A DNA stretch of 64,000 nt from Chrysomallon squamiferum (GCA_012295275.1 CM022673.1:3038001-3102000), one strand, 5' to 3'. Positions 1 through 16,310 are shown, numbered from the stretch's first letter. Numbers and translations: made by a program. The notes: generated from the sequence alone by a model not told the origin.

Positions 1-206
1 TGGCAATTTTGTTCAGTTTTATTATTATTATTGTTTTTTTATCATCATAACTTACAGTGGCTTTTAGAATACATGCATATATTTTTACCAATACTAATTT
101 AAAAAAAAAATATATATATTTTTTTATTTATTTATTTATTTATTTTTTTTTTGTATCTCCTATTGTCTATTGTGATGCTTTCTCACGATTTTCTATAGAA
201 AAATAT

Positions 207-249
<43 letters not shown>

Positions 250-1223
250 TGTATCCCAGAAACATGTTAAATATGTTCGATCAATATTATGAGATCAATA
301 GCGTCTCGTTGAGTTTGGTTCTGTTTCGGTAACATAAACCTGCACACGGGCAAAAAGTTTCAGTCAGTATCGATAAAACATGCCGTTGAATCTCATTCTC
401 GTTAACTCTATTTAAATTAAGTGTCAAAAAAACAAAAAAAACAAAAAACAAGAAAAATAAAACAAAAAACCCCACTAAATAATTCAGTCAGTAAGGGAAA
501 ATTAATATTATTCCTGTATAGTTATCAGTTACTCTCAGTATATAATGTAAGCAACTGAATAATTAAAAACTCGTCGTTTTCAGTCACACAGTTCTGCTAA
601 ACGAATTAATAATGTTCATGATTTATTAATCAGCTGAATGACTGATTGTATATGTATGAGTGTTTTGTGTGTGTGTGTGTTTTGTGTGTGTGTGTGTGTG
701 TGTGTGTATGAGTATATATGTGCACGAATGTGTACGTTTGTATGATTGTCTGGTCCTTTTATATTCAAATGAATGTGTGATTTCGTGTATATACTAAAGT
801 TTGTTATAAATGTATGTTAAAGTATGCTTATGTATTGAAATAAATATATTTGTAGGTATATATGAGTGTATATGAAAATGTATGCGTCTGATTTCATAAG
901 CTTAAAAAAGTATAATATAGTTTATTTTTTTTAAAATACGATTATCCGATTTAATTTTACACATCAATTATTATCTAATATCATTTGTCAATGAAAAACA
1001 AATACTCTCGTTTTTCTTTTAATCCATTAATAGCAATCCTGCTTTCTGATACTTACATTTAATAAACACAATTTACACTTTTTTTCTCTCTCCTATAAAT
1101 GTTACTTAACATGTGAAAACAACAAATCATTTTAATATTAGTCAATGGTTTTGTATAGATTACAGTCTTCCAAAAGTAAACGCGAACAGATGAATATAAG
1201 ATTCTGACATCTCGCATCTCACT

Positions 1224-1337
<114 letters not shown>

Positions 1338-1861
1338 CTCCCTCTCTCTCTACCCCTTCTCCTCTTTCTATATCTCTAACCTTCCTCCATCTCTTTCCTT
1401 CTTCCTTTCAACAACTCCTACACACCATTCTAATGAACCAGTAAAGGTTTCCGGAATGTTTGCATTACTCGTGCAGTTCACGTCTGCTTGTCAGTGTTCA
1501 ACCCCAACAAGCCTCGTGTCGAGTGTTGAATAGAGAGCACGTCCTTCGTGACCTTCAGCACGACCGAAGAGTGGACAAGTGTCCTTGTTTAATGACACAG
1601 GCGCTGCTTGCCTAATTGCTCCGTAGAAAGTGTTCTTCCACTTTCTGCATCTGACGGTGACAATAATAAGACACTCGCAGAGCGGGTCTGATTCTCTCCC
1701 ACGAGCAGTGACAAAATAACTGACTGGCCACGCCCATTTCAAGTGGCTGGAGCCGTCTTTGTGTCAGATGAAGTTAACATCATCACATGGCAAATTGTGA
1801 AACTAAATGGAAACCGAAAACGTCAAGGGTTATTGATGCATGAGGCGGAATAATGAAAAGA

Positions 1862-1895
<34 letters not shown>

Positions 1896-2953
1896 TAAAA
1901 ACAAAACAAAATAAGTTAAAATAAATAAATAAATAAATAACAATGAAAAGTTAAATATAAAAGGTACCACTATGAATAGTAATAATTGTAGTAAGAGTAT
2001 TAATGATAATAGTAGTACAGTAGTGGCAGTAGTAGTAATTTTAGTAGTAGCAGTATGAGTAGTAGGACTTGAAATAGTGGTAGTAATAGTAAGTCATAGT
2101 ATAAATAGCAATAGTAGTAGTAGTAGTTTAGCAGTAACAGAACTAGTATTAACAGAGGCTGTTCGAACGAGTAGCAGCAGTAATAGAAGCAGTATTTGTA
2201 GTATTTGGTTAATTGAAGCAGTATTTGAAAGTATTTGGTTAATTGTAGTCATAGTAGTAGTAGTAGTAGAAGCATAACAAGTAGAACTATCAAATAAAGC
2301 AGTATTTGTAGTATTTGGTTAATTGTAGTCATAGTAGTTGCCGCAGAACACTGAAATATAAGGTAGTAGTTGTAGAAGTAGTAGTAGTAGTAGTTGTTGT
2401 TGTAGTAGTAGTAGTAGTAGTAGTAGAAGCATAACAAGTAGAACTATCAAATAAAGCAAGCAAAACAGAAAACCTTTGAGCATAAATATTTCTCTTTCTC
2501 ATCTTTCCTTAGACCAGTATATACAATACGAAATAGAATGCAGTTTTTCTATATTGATCTGACAGGCAAAACATTCAAAACAGTCTGCTGGATATCAAAT
2601 AAAAAATCCATGCTGCTCTATACAAATGTTACATCAAGATAAACTAGATGATTGGGTATATAACTATTAGCATTAACCCATTTCCCTGCATATATAAAAC
2701 CAGAGAAAAACATATTAAATAAATAAATAATAAATAAATAAATAAATAAATAACAGTAACAGTAACAACAACAATAATAAAACAAAACAAACAAACAAAC
2801 AAATAAAAACAACAACATACAAAAAAAAAAAAAAAAAAAAAGGAATGAAATTAAAAAAAATTAAATTAAATTTAAAAAATCAATAAATAAATAACAATAA
2901 AAAAGACTGATTTCAAACAGCCATTCGTCAATCATGTTAAGTCCGGAGAACTG

Positions 2954-2984
<31 letters not shown>

Positions 2985-3247
2985 CCAAATAAAATGCTGT
3001 AATGTAAAGCTGAAATTAAAAATGGCGTTACACAATAAACACGACCATGTCGCTCGAACAGCACCAGCCAGTGCAGCACGCTTACTGAATCGTTTTGTGA
3101 AAATATATTTAAATGAGAATCACCATCGCGATGAAAAAGCTATTAATTTTTCACGACAGTATTGTGTCAACCACTCAGTTTACAGAATACATTTTCCGTT
3201 TTATTTATGTCAGAGATAATTACTGATATCGTACACGCACGCGAGAG

Positions 3248-3303
<56 letters not shown>

Positions 3304-3667
3304 CAACCTGTTAAATGTAGTCGACTCTAGTTAAAAGAAATAGAAGTTTAATTACGAATGCCACACATTCGTAAGAAAAAAAAAATGGACACATCAAATT
3401 TCTTTACATCATTTGTCCTTTCCTTCGTTTTAAGTGACGGTTGTTTTTACTGCACTTGTCACGTGCGTGTTCCTTTTTGTTTAAAATTTCACTGGTTTGG
3501 TTTCAGGTCGGCGTAATTATTGCTATTCTGATACATCTGTTAGAAGTTCACTTTCTTTCTCATACAGACTTGTCGACTTTTGTCTGTGGATTACGTCATT
3601 CCGACCAGAAACTGAAAATTCAGTTGTGATGCAGTTCATACAACTTTTTGAATATGCCTGAGAAACC

Positions 3668-3744
<77 letters not shown>

Positions 3745-4747
3745 GAATGAATAACGAAGAAATTAAAAAGAGGAAGAGAAAGGAAAAGAGATTCTGCTAA
3801 AGGAAGAAAGACAAGACAAAATTAAATACAAAGAACTATTTACAGAGGCGGAAAGAAATAAGAGATCGAGAGAGAGAGAGAGAGCAGAGAAAGAGACAGA
3901 AAGACAAAGAGAGAGAAATGAAGAAAAGGACAATGGGAGACTGGAAGAATAGGGTCGGCTTAAAATAAAAACATTTAGAAATCAATACTCTCAGAACGGC
4001 CTCACTCGCTGCTCGATGAAGCTGTTTTCCCGATCACCGTGACACAACGACGCCTACGACATTCGTGTCACAACTACTGAGAGTCAGGTTTAACCTCTGA
4101 CATTGAAAGTATTCAGTGACATCTAAAATGCAACATTCAGAAGGCATGAATTCAACATTTAGTTGCATCAAAATTAAAAATTATATCGACTATGTCTAGT
4201 CTAGGACAAATAAAAAAAAAATAAAAAATAAAGAAAAGAATAAAAAAAAAAAAAAAAAATAAATAAATAAAGAAAAAGAATAAAAAAAAAAAAAGAGAAA
4301 TTAAATAAAATAAAGAAAAAAAGAATATTAGTAATATTAATAATAATAATTATAAAAAAGTAGTAGTAGTAATACTTCTACTACTACTACTACTACCACT
4401 AATAATAATAATAATAAATAAATAAATGAATGATTGAAAGAATGAATAAATAAATAAATAAGAAGTTTGAATAGCCAAAGATAGAAAAGACTAATTAATC
4501 GATTGCCGTTTCACATGCTGAACAGTAAAATAACAGCTGTTGTTGATATCGCAACTACAACTACTACGACTACAAACCCTACCACAGCCACTACTACTAG
4601 ATCATCAACAATATTAATAAACAAGGATGATAAATATTTTGTAAAGACATCTACAACGATATCAACAGCTATTTATAATATTTATAATGCATGCGAAAAT
4701 TAAGAAGGTTATGTTTTTCTAATAACATCTATTACTACCACTGTTAC

Positions 4748-4806
<59 letters not shown>

Positions 4807-6092
4807 CACTAGTAAATGGGTAATAAAATGGCAAGGTTACCATTTTACACTGTTTACCTCGAACTTGATACGCTTAGAACTATCGACCTTTTAATATGTG
4901 AAACAGAAGATTGCCGAGTAGTAAGCAGTTTTTTCCATTAATCGATCAGGCTATTCGCCGGATTTCAACACTAATCACAAACAAGGTTTCGACATTTTTT
5001 TTTTTTAAAGTATTATTTATTTTTTTTTTTTTTTTTTGGTACTTAAACGCACTTCCGCATTTTAGCTGTCGCCATTGTTTTTGTTTATTCAGGATCGGAG
5101 TCAAAAAAATGGCGGTAGTCGAGAGCAGAAAGGCAAAAGAAAAGAATCGAAATTATACCGTTTTAGACAGATGATGTTAAGTGAATTTATTGGAGAATTA
5201 ATTGCAAGTACTCTCTGATGAACAACAATGGTATTTCTGCAGAAGTTTGTTAAACACTGGATCGATTAGAAAAAAAAAAGAGAAAGAGAGAGAGAGAGAG
5301 AGAGAAAAAATATTTGCTAAGTAATTAATCAGTCTTGTGAATCTTGTACACAAAAGTATTTTACGATGTGTATGTAAGTATGTGTGCTCGTACTTAACGT
5401 GTGTTTGTGTGTATGTGCGTGTGAATGTGTGAATGTATGAACGTGTAAATGTACGTATGTATGTGTGTATGTAGTATATGTGTTAATGTATGTATATATG
5501 TATGCATGTATGTATGTATGTTTATATGTATGTGTGTATCTATATTCGTTTCCAAGTATGTTTGTCTGTATGTATGTATGGTATGGCATATCTGTCTATC
5601 TACACACACACACACACGCACGCACAACACACACACACACAACACACACACACGTACATATGGAGAATGTATTCAGGATATACTGAATTCAGACGAAGTT
5701 CAGTTTAACTTAACCATACGCGGATTCCTGTACAATATTTTTCACATTATAGATTTATGTGTGAACATTCTGTCTGTGGTCGATAACGTCCAGTTTCCCA
5801 TTGCCCAGGCAGTGCGTTCTTTAAATATTTGTTATTAATTCTGTAGCCATTAAGAACAATCAGGTATAGTCTTTTATTATATTAACAGTCGATAAGTAAG
5901 CGTACAATTATGTCAGTAATTGAGATAAATTACATACGTCTGAAACCTTCGTTCTGAGTGCTTACTGTGTGGCTTTTCCAGTAATTAAAATGACGTTAAC
6001 AAAATGGTCTGGCATTTGTAATAAGCTAACAACACGGAACAAATAGGTAAGATGTCAGATAAAGAATAGTAATGATAATAGTTACAGAAACG

Positions 6093-6180
<88 letters not shown>

Positions 6181-6888
6181 TCAGAATTAGTTAAAAAGAT
6201 AAGGGAGGGAGTAGATAATAGGGGAAAAGGAATGAAAGAGTGAGGGATGGGGAAAAGAAGAAGAAGAAGAAATAATAATAAAGGAAATCTACAAATTTTG
6301 CTGATATTTTGCACAATCTCTACCAAAGGTGTGCATTTTAAAAAACACACACTCTCTCTCTCTCTCTCCGTTATCTTATTAAATAAACAATATTTGTTTT
6401 CACTGCTTTTAAATTTTGAAAGCGACAAGAAGACATATTCGATCAACCCGTTTCACAAAAGCAAATCAATGCGACGTCACTGTGACCGGCGGTGTGTTTG
6501 CCTACGACCACGCAACGACATCAATAGTTGCAATTCCTTTTTAACAAGAGGCGTTAACCGCTACACCACTACCGCGATGACGTGCAAGTCGTGGCTTTGA
6601 GGCAGAAACGACGTTGATTAGGAAATACCACTGAAGACGTTATTGCATTAACTATAATAATCGATAGGTCCAGATTCCTGGCTTGGAGAATTTTCAGTGT
6701 GTGTGCGAGAGTGCCGGCGAAATATTCTCCTGGGCTCGTGTACGGACACACAGTTTCCATTTTACTCTCGGTTTTGATTTATGTCCAGCCCATTACGTCC
6801 GAACGAGCTGGCAGAATGAATAAAAAATAGCAAACCGGGCGTCGTAAAGATGGAGAACTAAAAATTAAAAGGTTTCGTGACTGTATGG

Positions 6889-6936
<48 letters not shown>

Positions 6937-8147
6937 ACAGCAAATGTGTATAAATAACTTTTGTGGTCGTGCCAGGAATAATAACAGGCTAATAGTGATG
7001 ACTACGATGATGTTGATGGCGAAAATGATGATGATGTTTTTAAGATAATTACTGTTGTTTTTATTGTGTTATTATCATCGTCGTCACCACCATCACCATC
7101 ATTATCATCATCATCAACTCGTCATCACTAGTATTGCCATTATTATTATCATAATAACACTGTTGTCGTTGTTGTCTCTGTTGTTGGTGATGATACTAAG
7201 ATTGCGGATAAAGTCCTTTCGACTGTACTTTATTTTTAAGTTTTAGAATAACAAATAATATTTATATCATCTTCATCATCATCACCATCATAACATTCTT
7301 CTTCTTCTTCTTATTATTATTATTTTAAAATGCTGAATATATGTTAAATAACATACCCATAAAAAAATATATATATATATCTTCAGTAAATCTTTAAATA
7401 AATAATGTCTTCCTTTTCTTCTTCAAAATAACACAATTCGCAGAATACATGAGACATACTATACACGCATTATTAAAATGTCGACACATAAGGCAAGAGA
7501 TGGCTAAAAATCATTGTAAAATGTTAAATCGAACGTTATTGTTTAGTTTTCCTTCAGTTCTGACGTAATTATTGTTCACGCAGCAGATGTATTCACACGT
7601 ATAAAAATAATATCTGTTTAATTGTACACGTTCTACACAGTCTCGGGGACAAATGATTCGCAAACAACTTAAATGAAGCTGTACAAAGGAAGCAGACAGA
7701 GTCTCAATCATACTGTAACATAATGCATGGATTAGCAGTCGAGACAGCATTGTCTGAACCAACCACGCTGACACATCTACGACAGAAAATTATTCAGCGT
7801 TTTTATTAAAAAAAAAAAATATATATATATAAAAAAAAAAGGTGATGACGCTGCTGGTTCATACAAATAAAACATAAATGGAAAATTAATGAACATGGTG
7901 CGTCATATGATTACGTCATTCTAGACTTCGCCATTGTTGAGAGGTCTTGTTATCTTTCTGAATTCATTACAGGAACTCTCTGCTGACGTGTTCAATTTTG
8001 TCTGTCTGTCTGTCTGTCTCTGCCTGACTTTTTTCTTTCCAAAAATGTTTTAGCTGTGAGTTATTTCTTTCTAAACTAGTTATATCCATCACCATCTTGG
8101 ATGAAGATGTGGTCAAAAAAAATAAAATAATAATAATAACAAAAGTC

Positions 8148-8235
<88 letters not shown>

Positions 8236-9066
8236 ATGAATACATAAAAATTCAAATACTGATTTATAACAAAAATGTTTATTATTTATTTACAGTATAA
8301 ATATATTCCACAGCATATTTCATTGAATGAGAAAACAGAAATGTGCGTAAATATAATAATTATCTATATTCTTTAAATCACAAGAAAGAAAAAAATAAAA
8401 ATAAAAAATAAAAATAAAGAGAAACATATGACACTAACAATACACTTGTACAGTCTTTATCTTTCGTATTGGGGAATGCACAGAATATCACAATGGGGAG
8501 CAAGGTTGAGCTATAGATAAAGCAGATAACACACAGGACAGTTCACAGTACAAATTTTACTAGACCGAGAGGTCGGCTGTGTTTCAAAAATTCATCACTT
8601 TACCCACACAGGAATGATAAGAGAATGAACAGTACATTAGACATAATGATTAAATTATTTCATTTACAAATTGTTATACGCAAACAATAAATGCAGAGAA
8701 AAAACCCAAAAAACACACACACAAAAAAAACAAAACATAAATAGGTTAGTAAGTAAATAAGAGTGTAAAAAAGCAAATAAACAAATATAAAAAGTATTAA
8801 ATATTAAATAATTTTTTATATCAGACTTTAAATAGACCATTTCGCAGATTATGTAACCACCAATATTTAATCCTTACTAATACCTCAAAAAAACAACAAC
8901 AAAAAAACAACAAACAAAAACAACATTAAAAATAAATAAATAAAAAAACATACGAAAATTAAAAAACAAACGAAAAACGTACACTTTACATGCTAGTAGA
9001 AAGATTTGTAGATAAAACACTGTTAACAAGTTAATAAAAGACGTCAATAATAATAGTAATAGTAAC

Positions 9067-9108
<42 letters not shown>

Positions 9109-9144
9109 CTTAAAATAATTTCAATATAAAACCGGTTTTATTAA

Positions 9145-9180
<36 letters not shown>

Positions 9181-9972
9181 ACAAAAAGAAACAAAAGGAA
9201 AAGGACCAGTTATTACAAGAGTACATCGTAATACAAATGTTTACGTGAGAGAACTTATAAATCAAGTGGATAAAAAACAAACACAAACATTAATATGAGA
9301 CACGTTAGGCCAAAATATCAAAATATCAACAGGTCCGTTAGTATGAACAGAGTATTTTAAAAAAAGCTCTTAAACTGAGTCCAGTTATTAAGTAGGTCAG
9401 GGTATAATATTATTGTATAAAGACAATTAAATAAGGACCAGTTGTTATATAATTATACTCGTTTACTGTTTAAAATACCGTTTGAAAAAGGACCAGTCAT
9501 TACAGAGGTAGGCGAAATAAGTATTCAAAAGATTACTAAAATCCAGAACGTTATTAACGTAACAAATAAAGTGACGGAAAATTAGTGCAAACGGCATTGT
9601 ACAAAGAGATGATTAATTTAACACCCGATAGGCCAGTCTGTATTATGAAAATACCATTAACAGTATATCCATATACACGTGTCACTGAAGCTGGCTTGTC
9701 TACAGTACTAATGTCATCTAACAGGAAATCAGATTGTTTCTTAATTAAAGTAGAGATCTTTGAACTCGCAATTTTTCCGTTGGTATGCAAAACAAAACAT
9801 AAAATATATATGGTACATAGTATTCACAAACCCACGCACTGTAAAAATAACCATTTTAATTCGTGAATCATTAGCTTTTCATTTCCAATACAAAATTTAT
9901 AAAGTGTGCTCAGAATTATAATAATATTTCAAAATGAAAAATAGACAAAAGTATTACTAACCTGTACATATA

Positions 9973-10082
<110 letters not shown>

Positions 10083-10749
10083 TCTTGCAGATACATTCAT
10101 AAACATTTACAAACACTATTTACATGATTTATTAGAAATCCATTGGCTATTTTGGCAGTCCAGTTTAATAGTAATAACGATAACAACAGGAACAAAATTA
10201 TTAATTATAGAAACAAATAATGGATACAGTAATATTTTCATTTATATTTGTCTTTACTGTATGTATTAATACAAGGTATACAAACACAAATAACAGTCAT
10301 TAAAACACAGTGGTTTTAAAACGTCTGAACATATACGTATCTGTATGTATGTATATGTACATATTTTTCGACGTGTGACTACGTGATTGCATGTGTGTAT
10401 ATATGTATGTATTTACTTGCATGTATATATATGCGTATGTACGCATTATTATATGTATTTAACGCTTAAAACCAAATTATATAATTGTAGTACATATAAA
10501 TATCAGTGTAAACATAAATATAATTGGAATCTAAGTTTTTACATAAGCTACAGATTTTCTGGTAACAAAAAATGGAGCTTTGTCGGGATTATTAAACGTA
10601 TTATTATTACTATTATTATGAGTAGTAGTAGTGGTAGTAGTAGTAGTAGTAGTGGTAGTAATAGTATTGATCTCATATTAATTTATTATAACTGATATTG
10701 ATAATGCACTAGATTAATAAAACAACAAAAACTGTAACAACAAGAATAA

Positions 10750-10878
<129 letters not shown>

Positions 10879-11706
10879 TCCTTCCAACACTTATCTCCGT
10901 CTGTTTGTCTCTCTTTCTCTCTCCCTATCTGCCTTCACCTTCTCTCTTCTCCGACTGACTTTCTCCCTCATGTATTGATTTACTTAAATATTCAGGGATA
11001 AATTAACCCCGCTGAAGAGAACATCCATAAAATGAAGCTCGTATTCCTGTGTGAAAGCCGTAATGACTTGTTAACTCGATTTTCTCAGTAACATGGGAAT
11101 TGTCCTTGCAGTCATTACTGCTAATATTTCTATTATTATTATTAATATTATTGTTATTATTATTATTATTGTTGTTGTTTGTGTTGTTGTTGTTGTTGTT
11201 ATTATTATTATTACTATTGCTATTCTTATCGTCATTGTTATTATTACTGTTGTTATTATTATCATTGTTATTGTTACTGTTATATTATTATTATTACTAT
11301 TATTATATTGTTATTATTGTTATAACTGTCATCGTCACCTTGTCATCGTGCTCATCATCATTGTTATTATTAATATCACCATCAATATCATAGTCGTTAT
11401 TATTATTGTTATTAATATTACTTATTACTTACTTACTTACCTAATAAAGTCACATACTTCATTATTTGCAGGAAACTATTTTCTAAACGACTAAATTAAT
11501 ATTCCCAACTTTCTCTTATTAGGCAATAAACATACACGCTATGTTCTGAACCTGATTATTACACCTTAACATGAACGTTTTGATGAAGATACGTACCAAT
11601 GAAAAACGAAAGTAACAGCTCTGTGTCTGAAAGACTGCAAGATCAATCCTACTGAGATCACCCTTTAAACTATTTCTCTTTCTCATATGTACCCACTACT
11701 TGTTAA

Positions 11707-11754
<48 letters not shown>

Positions 11755-13804
11755 ACATACATATACATACATACACATATGTATACACATATATATACAC
11801 ACACACACACACACATACATACATACATACACATACATATACACATATATTTAATTATATATAATACATATAATATTGTACATTTTTTCTACATGATGTT
11901 CAACAACTGGATAAAGAAGGATATGCAGTCTAGTAGTTAGTAAATAAATAAATAAATAACAAAAAAGATAACAGAACCCACCCACTCTCCCCATCAAACA
12001 AAACACACAACAACAAGACAATCAAACGAAAACTTGATATTTATGATAGCCATAAAACTATTATCTCAATGGCCAATGTTAATTTTATCATTTTATTACT
12101 CCAATTTCTGACCACGGCCGTAATCAGAACATTTCCTAACAGCATGGCTTAACAATTCTGTATTAATATATGGTAAAAAGACATATTTGTAAAATGAAAA
12201 TATATTACATTATCTTATTTCATTTTTTATTTAATTTAATTTTAGTTTACTGTATTTCATTTATTTTGTATGTGTCTGTTTCTCCGTGTGCATGTATGTA
12301 TGGATGTAGGTATTGTGTTTATATGTGTATGTGTTTAGGTGTGTACGTATTATATTAAACATAATCTTTAACAAAACAAATGGCTGTGAAATAACATTAA
12401 TTCTAATAGTCTCTTGGCTTGAAAGATTGTATACTAAAGACAGTACGACCAGCGTAGGATGAACAAAAAAGGTTTTTGGCAATGAGCTGAGGGCACGTAT
12501 CTGTAGGCCCCTGTTTTCAATCAAACAAATGCAGCAGTATTGGAATTTTAAATCAGTATTAAATGCCATATCTCTTTAAACAGTTTATATTCCATTATTT
12601 GAAATACGACTTAAAGTATTAATGTAAATCATGTGCAGTCGATGTTGATTATGGTGTCTGGTTTGTTATTCTTGAGCAACAACGAGTGTGTGACGAAAAC
12701 AAATTAAAGATCCACAGATTTTATACGCCAGTAGATTATGAATATTCTCTAAAGAAGGTTTCAGCTAAATTTCAATAAGCAATAACGGTTATCAAAAACT
12801 CTTTAATACTTTTTATATTCTACTGCTTACCTTAAATTAACTGCTGAAATCTAAAAAAAAATAAAAATAAAAATAGAAAAAATAAATCAACTAAAGTATT
12901 CGAGAAATTATTTTTTAATACTTCATATAACATATTCAAATAATTTATTAAACATTAAATTTTGATATATGATTAGTACTAAGTCACATGTATCGTTGAG
13001 AAATAAATATTGCTCAGTGACATGTGCAATTACAAGAGGATATCCATAAAACACTTGCGTACAAAATCTGGGATTTTCTATCGTATTTATCAGTGATCTG
13101 CTTTATTAACCTAGCCACAAACAAAAGCCATATGTCTGGATGTACATGGTTTATAAACTGGTTCTAATATGGTAACATAATATAAATTAAAGAAAATAAT
13201 AATAATAAAAAGATTGCAATTTACAGGGTTTTTTTTACAATATATATATTACGTACAAATCATAATAAATGGAAAAAATATGTGACGTCTTTGCTTAAAG
13301 AGTAATGTATTATTTCAGTAAGTAAAATACTGTTTGTGAAAAAATTTGTTATATATATATATAAAGATTTTCATTTTACAAGATGGCCGATATTAAACGT
13401 TACTGTAAATTTATTTTCAGTTAAGATATCACGGAGTTTAGTTAAATGTTGATTCAGTTAGCGACGTGTAAATATTGTTTTTAATGGAAACTCACGAATT
13501 CTGTTCGATTACAGTTTGAAATTCTAGTTTCTATTTACACATCTTTGTCGAATGTAGATTCAGGTGTCAGAATGCGAATTATTTGTACAACATTTCAACC
13601 ATACGTCGCGTTATGGGTTTTGTAACAGTATATCGAAGTATCAGTACTTATTGAACGATACTTATATAGACTATATAAAACAATCATATGCTATGCTGAA
13701 TCAGACGTATGTGTGTATGTACCTATGTTTGTGTGTGTGTTTGTATGTATTGATTAACCATTACTTTCATTTCCACATGCTGTTAACTTAATCTTTATGT
13801 ACAT

Positions 13805-13840
<36 letters not shown>

Positions 13841-14357
13841 AACGAAACCCCAAATATAAATCTCTACAAAATGCAGAAGAATAATACCAAAAAGTACCAG
13901 GACACGATGTTGCATCAATATGGTTAGGAAAAAAAATCACAACTGGCTGATGATCACCTCGAAGGTAAGGTTAAATATCACTGATATAACAATCCTACTG
14001 ATTGTTATGAGAGTAAATACACCGCACGGGGGACATTGAAGCAGTACGTTATCACAACATTAAAATATAAAAGTATTCTCCCAAGTATCTGCAGTAGTAA
14101 ACTGAAATCACAGCCATGGAATGCAGCAGCCACGGAATGAAGTACGCTTTCTACCAACAACACGTTTAATAATGAATCGTATTATTCAGCAGACCACCAA
14201 GTTGGTTTCACTCGCGAAAACTGAGAAAATATTTATGTTTAGAGACAGCTGGGTTTATTTATTTATTTATTTATTTATTTACTTCTTTTTTTTTTTTTTT
14301 TTTTTGGAGTAAACATGCCGAAATATCCATACAGCAGTTTGGTTTTCCAGATAACCA

Positions 14358-14609
14358 TTTTGGTTTTTCTCGAATAGTGATCCATATATGTTACTCACGT
14401 TTTGGTTTTTCTCGAATAGTGATCCATATATGTTACATACGTTTTGGTTTTTCTCGAACAGTGATCCATATATGTTACATACGTTTTGGTTTTTCTCGAA
14501 TAGTGATCCATATATGTTACATACGTTTTGGTTTTTCTCGAATAGTGATCCATATATATTACATACGTTTTGGTTTTTCTCGAATAGTGATCCATATATG
14601 TTACACACG
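14358..14609. repeat. 42-bp minisatellite, 6 near-identical copies
   Basis: Unit TTTTGGTTTTTCTCGAATAGTGATCCATATATGTTACATACG repeated 6 times with few substitutions. It produces the repeating 14-aa ORFs in several frames. Degenerate relatives continue on both sides. Confidence 0.95.
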
Positions 14610-15453
14610 TTTTGGTTTTTCCGGCAGATCTTATGCACTGTGATCCAGACAGTTTCTCGGTTTTAGTTTCAGTACATATATGATCCATACATACGCACTT
14701 TTTGGTTTTGTGCAGAATATTACAGAAAGAACCAATGATCCAGACATACATACCATTTGGTTTTGGAGTAGAATAATCCAGACAGAACCACGTTTGTTTG
14801 TTTTTTTGTGCTGAATGATACAGATATATCAGTTTCTCATTTTCCCCAAAAAATTCTTCTAAGAAATCATCTTCAGGCTAAATCACTCAAGAGTAATATC
14901 AAACAGTCGTGGTTTTCCTGTAGAATTTTCTATTTTGATTTTCTGGTGGATTTATGCAAACAGTAGTTTATTTTTCATCTATAATGATCTAGTACAGTTT
15001 TCCCAATTAATCCTAGTATGATAATGTTGAATTTTTTAATTCTTTTTTTCTGAAGTTATTCAGAAATCCTGTTTAATATTCATGTACACTTATATAGGAT
15101 CCAGACAACCAGTATGGTCGACTAGAAAGACATCCGAAAGAGTTGCTTTGGCATTAATACAGAGTGACATAAGGTGTTGTGTCTTTTTTCTTTCCCTTTA
15201 GAATATTCCGAATAAACAATTTTAGAGCAGAATCATTCAGTCGTTCCAAGCGTAATTAGTTTTGTTGTTAAGATGATAGTACTAAACAAACCAATTTGGT
15301 TTTCAATAATAAATCAGACCAATTTTATTAAAAAAAAGAAAAAAAAAAAGTAATAATTATAATAATGAAAATAAATAAATAATAAATAATAAATAATTCA
15401 TCCAGACAGCAGGCTTTTTAATAATATGAACATTAAAGTTATTGATGCTCTCG

Positions 15454-15767
<314 letters not shown>

Positions 15768-16310
15768 AGACAAACGCCTTAACAAACCAGTTAGGTCTTC
15801 CCAAGAATTTATGGACTGTACATGTGCGAATAATCAATAATGGTTTCCTTAATATGAAGAAAAAAAAAAAAAGAAAAAAAAAAGAATAAATAAAAATAAA
15901 AATCTGCTTTCACTCAATCTATTTTCCTGCCAAAACACAAATCCTGCGTCTATTGTTGTTTTTCTTCCCACTTTTTCTTTTCTTTTAAACTAATTTTTCA
16001 CATTTAATATTATCACTCAATTAACACAAACATTTTTCCAGCGAAACTGTGAAATATTACGTTGCAGACGATCAGTCAGAATTTGCGCGCGACGTTTCCA
16101 AGCAAATCGATCTCTGTTAACAAAAACGTGGAAGATAAAACGTTTCCATTTAAAATAAAAAGTAGATAAATATAACAATACGAGAGAAGCCAGCTCTCGT
16201 ATGTATGAATATATATATATATATATATTTATATTTGTAAAATCGCCATTTGAATATTTAAATATATAATATATTTAATTCTTGTTGTTATTACTACTAC
16301 TTATGACTTA

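Noticed and set aside
5329-6600. ORFs rich in VC, HT, ER and LS repeats (also 9916-10874, 17788-18697, 59116-59481)
   Set aside because: Translations of (CA)n, (TATG)n and (GA)n microsatellites.
11071-11494. Poly-Ile/Leu/Tyr 'membrane protein' ORFs (also 15426-15840, 19388-19613, 34645-34914 and others)
   Set aside because: Translations of (ATT)n, (GTT)n and (TAC)n microsatellites.
14279-14751. Repetitive ORFs (KNQNVCNIYGSLFE and others) and a CRISPR-like regular repeat
   Set aside because: Head-to-tail 42-bp minisatellite with no unique spacers and no cas genes. The ORFs are open in several frames only because the unit length is a multiple of 3.
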